Source of the DNA: Phallusia mammillata
Taxonomy: Eukaryota
Length of the DNA: 64,000 nucleotides
Reading direction: 5' to 3'
Assembly (NCBI GenBank): GCA_965637545.1
Contig: OZ281494.1
Span: 30,814,001-30,878,000, forward strand
The notes under the pieces are model-generated. The model was not told where the DNA came from and ran no database searches. It was given only the letters and a program-made list of their open reading frames with translations. Every line of letters starts with the position of its first letter. Within the stretch, counting starts at the first letter, position 1. Of this stretch, positions 1-12,200 are shown one piece after another. The translations under genes and the position numbers were made by a program.

Positions 1-248
1 CATGCTTTGTGACGTCAGTATCCTTTGTCATCGTGTAATGATTAGAACGTTGTTATATTGTCTGCAACTCTGCATGCTGCGTTTTTTTTGTCTGACTCTG
101 GCTTTAACAGATAAGAGACTTATGTTGGGGCCGTGAATCCTACTGACAGAACTGAAGCTTTCAGTGCACTTTAATTGACAGTTTTTTTTTTCAGAAAACA
201 TTTTAGTGTTGTTTTGGAAGCTGCTTAGTTGGTATTAAATTTTCAGCT

Positions 249-3200
249 ATGGGTCGCTCAACACTTACCGTAAGTTTTGCATGTTCTACGTCGGCCAAAC
301 AGTCTGGAATCTGTACACACTATTTAGGCATTTAAAACTTTGTTTTTTTGTGATTTGGTTTGGTCTTTGTAAATGTATGTGACTATGTGTGCTTTAATTT
401 TGCCTAGATATGGAGAATCGAGAAGTTCGAAATGGTCGAGATTCCTCGCACCCAGTATGGTTACTTTTTCAGTGGAGATTCCTACATTGTAATGAACAAG
501 AAGGAAGACTCCAAGGGAAACGCTACGTACGATCTGCATATGTGGATAGGTAAGATTGATTAAATTACAGCGTACCGGTTCTTAGCCCCAAGGGTCGTTC
601 AGCAGGGAGATCAATATATGCTTTGCAAGCCTGCCTACGTGCGTTGGCTGTAAGGACCTGCAAAAATAATCAAACCCACAGTTTTGGGACAGTGTTCAGT
701 GGCCGCCAAGGCACATTAGGTCGTGAAGTAAGTGTGTATACTATCAAGGATGTGGTAATAAGGTGAATTGCATGCTTGAGTACGTAAACACAAAACACGC
801 TATCGTTTTTGAGGTAAAATATATCCTATTTGCAGCTGTGCAAACTTCGGTTTCGTTTCATTTCCTGTTTAAACATTTTTCATGACTATTTAATGTTTGA
901 AGTTTTAGAACTATAGTCTTTCTTAAAGTAGTCCTCACGGATTAGTGCTTGCCCCATGGGAGATACGTTGCTATATTCGCCTATATGACAAACGAGTTCT
1001 AACAATTCCCATTGGAGTGACAAGGCACCAGCATGAACCTTGTTGATGTTTGATAGTGGGTGGAAAATACTAACGTACCAGGCCAGGCGCTGTTGATATT
1101 TTACACTAACTCTAAAGAAACTATGGAGTAAAACCAAACTTCTGATGTATCTTTCACCCGCAACACCTGTTTGTGTGAATTTTGATTTAGAATAGCTGTA
1201 ACGACATGTAATATGTCGTTTATAAGTTCCTATTTTAACTTCGAATCTTGTTTTGCGGTGAGGTTTAACTGCTGTAATAGCGTGTGATTTGCCACGGAGG
1301 CGTACAACTGACTATTAAATGTAAAATGTCCCGTTTGCATCGTATTAACAAGGCTCGTAAACCACATGATTTTTATTACCCTTATACATCTGCAGCATTT
1401 TGTATGTGTTAAATATGCGTTTGGTTATAACTTACAAGATATTAATAACAATACAAAGCCTTATGCGGATAAATTTCATGACGTCATGGCACTCAGTTCA
1501 CTGTTTCCGGTCGTCGTGTAGACTCCTTCCTTTTGTTTGTATTCATTACGTAGGAGGAAGGTTCCAGATCGGTTGGCTGCCCAATACAAATATATGATTG
1601 GCTTACCGGACAGGACATTACCTGTCACTGAATTATCACTTACTTGCAAGTTGAGACAGTAATGTTTTCAGCAACTTGCAGCTGAAAAGTCAAAAACGTT
1701 TCATGACATCAATATAAATCGTTTTTAAAAAATAAATTCATTTTGTGCAATATAGCTTTAATTTGCGTTTTTTGGGGAAATCGCTTAAAACCTGTATTTT
1801 AATAAAATTCCGGTGGTTTTTGGAAAGTGTCCATTGGACATTACCGATAAATTATTTTTAAACAAAATAGCTATGATTTGCGTTTTGGGGGTTATAGCTT
1901 AAAACATGTACTTTAATAAAAATGCCTGTATTGGCACGTCATTTGTAGCTTTTATGGCCGCTGTCTAAAAATAAAACTCTTTCGCTTCATGTACAATATG
2001 CAAATTAGTTGGCATTCGTTCAATGCTGCGCAGTGTTAGTGATCTTTAAGAGCACACAACCTAACTACACCAGGAAATGTCACTCCACTTAACAGTTGTG
2101 TTTCCAAAAGTCAAAGAGATATGTTGATACGTTTACCGACATTCACAACAGTACTACACAAAATACTCTCTCAGTCACTATTACCCCGTTTAATATCAAA
2201 TTTCGCAATGTCGACTAATTTTGCCCAGTGAATAACCAACATTCCTTTCCTTTGTTCATTGACTATAACTGTCGAATATTTGGCAATGGTGACAATAGTT
2301 TTGTTGACACGCTTTAATAATAAGATGAATACGTTTTGTTCAAGGCAATGACCTTAAGTTCCTGGTGAAACTTAACCGAGTATGTTTTCGACTTTCAGTT
2401 TTGACTTATCATCACCCGTTTGTGTGCACCATACATACAGAAACAGTGGGGTGGTTGTTTACCCTAACAGCCCATGTCAATACCTTTCAATTTATATTTC
2501 TTTTCTATCCAGCATATGTCGCTGACACATGTTTCGGTTGCCTTGTACACACAAAATTATGTATAGTAACCTAAATCACGTCTGTATTTTAGCGGAAGGC
2601 AGGGTTAGAAGCCTATCTACTGGTCGCAATTTAACCCTTAACATCGTTTGTGGTCTGGTAATGTTTGATTTTGAACCATAAATAGAAAAACTGTGGACTG
2701 TCGAAAAAAAATAATTCAACCCCCTATGTATTACGCAAAACTAAACAATAATATAAGATAGTGTGGTAAACCTGGTCCATGCGTATGCCGTTTGTGCATC
2801 TTTTACGATGGATTTTTGAATGATGCCCACCCATGTAATAATCTCTCAAACTGTAAACGTATCACATTGAAACCTTGACCCTTTTTGGAGCTGAACTGCG
2901 ATTGCAAACTATACTGTGTTGTAGGTGTGCGATTATTCGAGCTAGCTTTCCTCAGCATCGGTTAGGTTTGACGCAAATTACAATTGACCTTTTGTATCGA
3001 TTTTGCAACCGGGTCGTTTTAACCTTGACAGTTCTAAATATATAAGGCTTACTTCAGTGGCGCTTTCACACCTTTGACACAAAACCGTTGCACCACTGAA
3101 CTCTAAATTAAATTTACCTTTTGTAAAAAAATGTCATACTGCACCAGGCCTAGGCGATGTATACCGAATCAAGTCGGTCTACCAAACGTTATCACATGTG

Positions 3201-6200
3201 GCAAACCGCGGGCTAGATAGGGAACAGTCGTAAGTTTAAATCCCACCACAGGTTAGATTTTCCTATAGCCTTTGCCTTACCGCCTGTGGTTATACAGTTG
3301 AACTATACCAATCATACATGAATATCGTAAATCGCTTGTCTGCGTTAAACCTTTAGGCAGGGCTAATCCTAGGAATGAATATGTGTTGTTAGAAATAGAG
3401 CCAAATATGTGTAATGCATTTTATATTTTGTGGTTTTGCAGGCAAGGACAGCAGCCAGGACGAGTATGGAGCTTGTGCAATCCATGCCACTAAGTTGGAT
3501 GACAGTCTGGGTGGACTTCCAGTGCAACACAGGGAAACCCAAGGATACGAATCGGCCATGTTCTGTGGCTACTTTAAGCCTGCCATTAAATATCAGGTTT
3601 GTTTTCTTTCATTATCGTGTTTTAAAGGTTTGAGTAGCTACAAAACGACATGCATTAACGTTGCGCATGTTGTATCAAATGATCCCTCTTACGTTTCATG
3701 TGTATTCGCCTACACACAAGTCCCAAATAACGTTTGGCATCTTTAGATGTTCAGGCTAAGGTCACACATAGGCTTATGCCCACTGTATATGTTCTTTTTG
3801 CGCTTTATCTGTAGCACATACACTAAGCAAGTAGATAGCCATATTGTACCTATATACAAAAAATATGCCCAACATATATGCTATAAATGTTCTTTGTGCT
3901 CTCTGTTTGTGTGTAACACATACAACGTATGTCAGTGTTTGGCTGTCGATACAAAATGTATCAGAAATGCGTGGAATCGTCATCACTGCCTTAAACATAC
4001 GATAAAATATGCATGAGCGTTTGCTTCTGTGCCTGTATTCCCACACAGATCCTGGGAATCAGGTTAAGAACGGTGGAAGGTTCTCCGGTCATCCGCTTTA
4101 ATAATTAAACAATTTAAGGCTCAAGGCCATGCATTGTAATGAATAACGGCACCTGAACAGCATCAAATACACCAGCTTGTCCGAAAAATATGTTCTGCCA
4201 TAGGTTTTTAACATTTTATCAAAATTCCTGTGTTGGTACATACATAACATTGAACAACAAATGGCAGTATCCTTAATTTTTGTCGGACTGAATTTTTGTG
4301 CCAAATAAAGTACGCACGGCCAACAATACAGCAATGGTAGAACATCATTAACAACAAATACCTATTCCCATTGGCATTTTTAGACTTCCAAGTTTTGTTG
4401 TCCACACATGAAAAATTGCATTTGGGAGCTTGATGGTAGTTACTCTCGGCAGCGCAGTGTTAAAATCAGGGTTTAATTCGTCAACAGACCGGTAAGGGTA
4501 GTTGTTAGCAAACAAGTTTAAAGCCATAAAACGTGAACGAAGTCAAAATTACATGATGTGTGTTTGTATAAGCCGTAAGGGTAAGCGCTCAATAACATGA
4601 CTAAAAGATGGAAGGTCCCTTGTTAGAAGTTCAGAAAATAAATTGGTGTCCTTGTAAAGTGCATAACATTTAAAATAAGGTACCTGCAGCTAACAAGGCC
4701 CATTAAAAAACTATTGCGTATAACTGAAAAACCATTTAACCGTTCCAGGCCAAATTCGGCATGATTGTTGCAGAGGTTGATATTAAACATCCATTAAATT
4801 TTGAAGACGTTCGCAAGTTTTGTTTTTGTAAGATAACAGTTAAAAAAATTAAAACTTGGGCCTTAATACAAACCTATGTTGTTAATAAAGCCCAACATTT
4901 TCATGTTTTTAAAAATAGTCTAGAAACCAATCAAACTCATTTATACTTTGCTTCGGTCAAATAAAAGTTCAAACAAGCAACGTTATTAACTCATATTACA
5001 TATATACTGTTAACTAAGACATATAACTGTTAATCTGAAGGTACTAAAACAAAGAATAAACGACCCCTTGGCGTTTGATAACCAAAAATATTAAATGAAA
5101 GATTACTTCCACAAACATCTTATTCGGACTTTTTATCTCCCTAAGAAAGCAAAAAAGCAAATTTTGTGCATATCAGTCGTCTTTACTATAAAAGACACTT
5201 GAGAAAATGACAAAAAATCGTTGGGCCTTATTGCAAGCAATGGCTGACAAACAAAACCGTAATAAAATTTATTTCAAGTATTCTTTTTTCCAGATCGGAT
5301 AATGCTCCAATTAAACTAAAATGACCCCATTACTAATATGTCCTAATAAGTTTTCATTTCGACAACACAATCTTTTCATTTTTGTTACCAATTTTAACAA
5401 AAAATAATAAAAAGTCAAAAATAAACACTTCTTAATTTGGATTGGTCATGATAACAATTACATATAACTTTCAGGTCCAAAACTTTGTAAATCATTTTGA
5501 GTACAAATATATTTTAAAATTACATCAAAACGGAAGCATTTTTTCTGGCACATAAAAAAATATTAGCAGTGGGCCTTATTACCTTCCGGGCCTATATACC
5601 TTCAGGTACCTTACGAAGTATAGATAACTTCTACATTGGCCTACAATGTTAATAAAAAATGTTATGTATACAAACATTAGGTACATGAGTTGTCCTGCCA
5701 GACCAGTCATGATTTGTGCATTTAGTGATGGTTGGACAATCATATTTTCATAATTTGTGAAACACTTATGTTAAATGCACACGCAGACCAACCATCATAA
5801 ATAAATTTGCATGCCAGTCCGAAAAGGTGCATTATTTTAGGTTAAACCTTCAAACCTATGCACGCCCTAATTTTCTAGTTTAAGACTATTGTCCATTGTA
5901 TTCTAAAAACTCATACCATCATGCAGCACCATTGTTATTTTACTGGAATAGGTTTTAGATATGGCAGTTTCGTCATTTGTTGCTCTCTGACAAATCATCA
6001 TATCCAAGCCAATCGCATTTTTGCAGGAAGGGGGAGCGGCCACCGGATTTACTCACGTTGTTTCAAACGATATTGGCGACATCAAGCGACTAATGTGGGT
6101 CAGAGGTCGGCGTCAAGTACGAGCTGATATCGTCGAGATGAAGTGGTCCAATATTAACCAATCAGACACTTTCATTTTCGACATGGGCAAGGTAGGATTG

Positions 6201-9200
6201 ATTATGCTCTTCAGCGACATCTTGTGAATCGAATGTGTGTTTTGATCTAGTCTAGACTTTATGTTTTGGTTACACGAAACATGCGACTGGCTGTGAGCAA
6301 TAGTTTTAAATTAGTCAAAAAATCAAGCATTTTTAAAATCCAAGTCGCACATTTTTTGTTGTAACTTTTAGGATTATTAGAAAACAAATATTTTGTTTCC
6401 CAGGATATCTTTATCTGGAGTGGTCCGCTTGCAAACCGGTTCGAGAAGATGCAAGCTGTGATTGTTGCTAAGAGCATCCGGGATGATGAGAGAGCCGGAA
6501 GGGCGAAGTGCACCGAAATTCATGGTGATGCAAAGAAGGTGAGTTCCGTAATAATTTTGGTAAACAAAATCAAAAAGTGACTATGAAGTCTAAAACAAGT
6601 CTACTATGTATTATGTTCCAATAGCAGTTAATAAAACTACAAAATCTGCTTTGAAACGGGAATCGTCAGTTCAAGTAGTATTAAAGTTAACAGCGGTGTT
6701 TTACTGTTTCAAAATTTTCGATGCAACCTGTATTCTCTACTGTGGGTTAAGTGGTTGTTGCAACGATTTGATTTTCTGACAGCTGGAACAATTCCTGGGA
6801 AGATATCCAGGCCACATCACCAAAGGAGAACCAGAAACCAACCAGCGAACCTCGCAGAGCTCAGTCAAGAGCGGCAGAAACTGCAAGGTACCATCTGAAT
6901 AAACTTTCTCCTTTTACCGAATAATTTCTCGAAAATTATCTTTTCTGGACGTAGGTCGAAGGTAAGGTGATGGCGTTTGTCGTAATGTGAAAGTTACTAT
7001 AGTTTTCAACTAAAACATTACACCAGTTACGTAAACTATACACCAGATTTTAGTACGACACACCAGACGTCGGTAAAAGCTTCCACTATGTTCAGTCAAT
7101 ACAAAATTTATAGCCGCGTCGTTGATAAGTATTTACACGTGTACGTTGTAGTTTGTGTATTCGGCTCGGGTTTTCCTTCGCTCAATGAACACTGTAAATG
7201 TTTGTCTAGACACAGTGTACAACTCGTGAAATACAGAAATGATTTGATCAGAACGTGGCGCTGTATGGCCTCTACTTGACACCAATTCAGTTGGAAACGT
7301 TTATATTGTATTTCGCATGTTTACGTTACGCCAGTGGTTCTCAACATGAACAGGCCATTTACACGCACCAAACCAATGTACATTAATAAGCGACACAATA
7401 GTTAAGGCATTCTTAAAACGTTGCCTGTTCTTTTGTTGGATTGGTAGTTATGAATTACAGTATAGCACATCAAACGGTGTAGCCGGAAGTCTTTTCTCAT
7501 TTGTCGTATATTCTCGAGTTCAAAAAGCTAGGAAAACGCACGTTTGACACGCCTTGTAAGCACAGAACAACGCACCGAAGTCCCAGACGTTCTTGTGTTA
7601 TTTATTCTCAACCTAAATGCGCACGTTTATGGTTTGTTGTTCCCACGTCTTTTAAACACATAAAATCGGATATTCTACATTGGGAGCCGGTTTACTGTGT
7701 TTTCTGATGCCAAGCAGTTTCACTTTAAACAAAAGCGCCTTTGTCGGTTTAGGATTCGTTGCAAAGGCTAAATCAAAAAAGGAAAGCAATACACAATCCT
7801 TGCCAGTGGCACATAGAGCGCAAGTAATAGCGCAAGCCAACAAACATGTCGACAATTGCCACCTTCAACTGTAGGTTTTATCGTACACGTATGTCAACAC
7901 CTACGCACTTTTTTCCGTTCTGGTTGAGCAGTGTATTATTGCTGTTTTGGCAGAACGTATAACCTTTCGATACTGATGCCCCAGGGCCGGTTTTGCGTTG
8001 GTTTTGGTGTGTCACCTTTCGTATTAAAGTTCACCGGAATGATGCGTCAAACTGTTTTGTAAACTTGGTCGGTTTAACCTGTTGTGCGTGCGTGCGTAAG
8101 ATGAAATGTTGTTTCGATTTTGGTTGGGTACAAATACCGACTTTTACCTCGGCTAAAATGCCATTTTAACCTTTTACATGAAGTCACGTCTCATTAAAAT
8201 TCAACAATTTAGTGAACATGTTTCGGCAACTGGGTCAACCATTTATTGTCAAAAGTGCTAAAAGTGGATGTTATTGAAAATATATGTTTGTTTGCATAAG
8301 TTTACATGGCTCAAAAATGTTGCATGTACTGCTATTCATTAATTGAGTGCAAAACTGCAAAACTAAAAACAAATTTGTCATTGAAGTATTACACACCGCG
8401 TAGTCATCTCTAAAATGTTTTGGCAAGCATTGTAATCCGTAAAATATTGCTCTACAAGCCAGTCTATAATTTAACTTTTTAAACACATGACTTTTGACAA
8501 AACCCTTATTGTGTTTTCAGCTCTACCAGGTTTCTGATGACAGTGGCAAGGTCGTGACCACACTAATGTCTGACAGTCTACCGTTCAAACAGAGCATGCT
8601 GGATTCAGGCAACGTTTTCATCACGAGTAACCCCGACATGGGCCAAATTTACGTGTGGAAAGGTGTGTACAAATCGAGCTAAAACTAACACTCTATTTGA
8701 ATAAGACACTAAAGTCGCTTGCATATGCGAAATATGTTTGTTCCATACACGATGGTTAATTGATCTTATCCTGTAAATAAACGTTTCCAGTTTTGTGATA
8801 TGTAATAAGAAGGTGGAAATCGTTATAAATGGTAACAGAGTATAGAATGATTCCCAGAAATTTACTAGGATTTAATACTAACACATAAGATATTGCTGCC
8901 AAGCATAATATCAAGTTTATAGAGCTCTTCTGAGAAATGTGGGCTATTTTTATTCCGACGTTTTGACGTCCTACAGGTCGCCTTTGTCAGCGTACACTAA
9001 AAAATAACACTAAATAACAAAAATAACAGTTTTATTTATCCTGATGTAGGCGACCTGTATACGACGTCGAAACATTGGAATAAAAATACATTTGCCAGAA
9101 GAGCTCTATAAACTTCATTTCAAACACAGGCGTAAACTCACACAACAGACCCATAGTAAAACCATCTCTTCATTTTTAAGAATTGTTTTCTCGCAGGCAA

Positions 9201-12200
9201 AGAAGCTTCAAGCCAGGAACGCAGAGAGGCGTTTAAGATTGCTAATTCGTTCATCGAGCAAGAGGGACTCCCCCCGCATACGCGTATTACCGTCATGGCT
9301 CAGTACGCCGAGACCGCCGTCTTCAGGAACATGTTCGGCAGTAAGTTCACACTAGTTTCAAAGCAACCAAATTTTAAATAATTATTTAAGATGAACATGA
9401 ATTGATTCAGTATCACGCCTTCAATAAGGCTGGCGTACCATGATTCAATTTTAAAAATATTTTAATTTTGGGAAATGCTATACCACAATTGCCAGCAATT
9501 TTGCTTGCATAATCGCAAACGGTTAAGACAAACTGTTAAAGTCAAAGACAAGCCTCTAATATAAAATGATATGTGAAGTGCAGTTGTTTAAACACAAAAC
9601 TGTCATTTGTCATTTTAGTTGTATTAAATTTGGTAGCCTAATCTACTAACAGTAAACATCGGACAAAGTTGTAGTCAATTACGTCGCTTTACCGCAACAA
9701 AATTGAGTCCACAGCGTCCATACCTACTTTGGTCCTAGAACTTTGATTTGCTTTTTGGTTGTTCTTTCACGTCTGTAACAATTGGTTATTTAAAATTTCT
9801 GGACCAATACCATCTGTTGTATTAGATTGGCGTGATGAGGACATGCAGAAGGGACTGGGTGAAACTTGGTCCATTAACAAAATCGCTAAAGTGGCCAAAG
9901 TTGAGTTTGACGCAAGCACGCTTCACACCAAACCTGATCTCGCAGCTAAATATCAACTGCCCGACAACGGTAGTGGGGATGTTAAGGTGAGAAAAATCTA
10001 TTGAGTATACAGTTAAAACTGGTGATAGTTAATGTGTCACTGGAAACATTAGTAGATGTAAACTGATTTTCCATCTCTCAAAACATGGAAAAACTGGTTA
10101 AAATGTTTTTTAACTATACTGCACAAAATGATTACTGGATAAAATGGTTGTTTAACTATACATACTGGATAAAACGGTCACTGGTAAAAATGGTGACTGG
10201 ATAAAGTAGTTACTGGATACAATGGTTGTTATCTAAACTGGATGAAATGGTGTCTGGAAAAAAATGGTTGTTTATCTCTATTGAATAAAATGGTTTGTTT
10301 ATTATACTATTCTGAATAAAGTGGTTGTTCCTCTCTACGGGATAAATTGTAACTGAAAAAAATGGTCGTTTATTATACTGAACAAAAACGGTTACTGGAT
10401 AAATATACTGGATACAATCGTTAAATTCATTTTTCAGATCTGGCGCGTTGAAGGCAATTCCAAGGCAGCCGTTGATCGCAGCACTTATGGCCAGTTTTAC
10501 GGAGGCGACTGTTACATTATTCTTTACTCGTATCAACCGCGCGGCCGCCAAGAGTATCTCATCTACTATTGGATTGGTTCAAAGGCATCACCTGGCGAAG
10601 TGACTGCTCTCCCTATACTCACCATTGCAACTGACAATGATGAATGCAACGGCATGGCTACTCAGGTTTGATATTTGTTAAAGGGTGATAATTGTGCGCC
10701 ATTTTCAGTGCATCAAAGTACAGTTGTAATCGGTCTTAACTACAAACGGCCCGAAACCAGTTAAACCCGGATACCTTTTTAAAAAACGAATTGGCCCTGA
10801 CGTTTGTGAAATTGCAACACAAGTTATTTCGAGATTGAAGCCAAGTCTGTTTTATTTGAACTTAGAGCCCGAACCCGACTTACAACTTTGCAACCAATTG
10901 GTTTATTTTCCGCAAATGCTTATATGGGTAATAGTTAAATATGACCAACTGTTGCCATTATGGATACCGCTTTTAGTTATTTGAATAACAGAGTAACTTT
11001 GTCAAAAATTTGCTTCGGAACACAGTTTTACGCCAAGGTACTTAATAAACCGGCCCCTTAACATGAATCCAAAGCGGTATTAGATATACTTGGCTATATA
11101 ACAGTAAACCAGTGGTGAGATTTAATTTTTTTGTCAGCCGGTTCTATCACAAAAGTCATATTTTTCAGCCTGTTCTGTTACAAAAGTCTATTTTGACAGT
11201 AACCAGTAATGCTAACCGGTTCGCTGAACTTATAAAATTTCGTGAGACGGTTCTATAGAACCCTGGGAACCGGCTGAATCCCACTACTGGAGCGAACTAT
11301 TTCAAGTCTTTGCCCGACGTTTTAGCGCAATTTATCAAATAGTAAACGTTGTTTATCAGATTCGTGTAACACAAGGAAAGGAACCACCTCACTTGATGAT
11401 GTTATTCGGCGATTCACCAATGGTGATCTACCAAGGGGGGACTTCCCGGGATGGTGGACAGACGGAAGCCGGTGACACAAGGTAACCCCAAAATTGTGTT
11501 TTACCACCAACACAAGCAAACAATATACGCCCATATGACACACCGGTAACCTTTGGTAGCATTTGTTAATGGACATTAAGCAGCGGTGCAAAACAAATTG
11601 TCAGTCGGTTCTATCAAAAAAGTCATATTTCTCAGCTGTCTCTGTTACAAAAAGTCCATTGACAGTAACCAGTAATGCTAACCGGTTCGCTGATCTCATA
11701 ACATTTCGTGAGACGGTTCTATAGAACCGGTTCGAACCGGCTGAATCCCACCACTGTCAGTAAGCCATTATGGGCACAGCTACAGTTCAATCAATGGAAC
11801 AAATATTGTTTTAATAATTTTCCCCAAAATATTTTTTCACTGTTCAGCGGCGGTTGGTTACAATTACACTTTTTTTGAGAGATATATTTACATGATATTC
11901 GTACATAAAAAAGTGCATCTTAACTATTTACCCCAGTTGACCTATCAACTAACATTCTATTATAATACAACATATATTCAGGTTGTTCCACGTGAGGTCT
12001 GGATTCAACGGCAGATGTCGGGCAGTTGAGGTCGCCCCAGAGGCCCAGTCTCTGAATTCAAACGACGCTTTTCTGTTGATCACACCTGGATCCAACTATC
12101 TATGGGAGGGGCAAGGTAAAACTTTCGTAAATAAAAGTGCGAACTTAAATTTATCTTAGTAGCCCCTAAATACATAGCAAACACCTTTTATTGATGTTGT

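Noticed and set aside
980-1060. Minus-strand peptide [11 protein letters not shown] resembling a thyroglobulin type-1 motif
   Set aside because: Bounded by stops, other Cys residues absent, no convincing splice sites.
10125-10420. Repeat array as a possible CRISPR
   Set aside because: Units are degenerate and contiguous with no unique spacers; eukaryotic intron; no cas genes.
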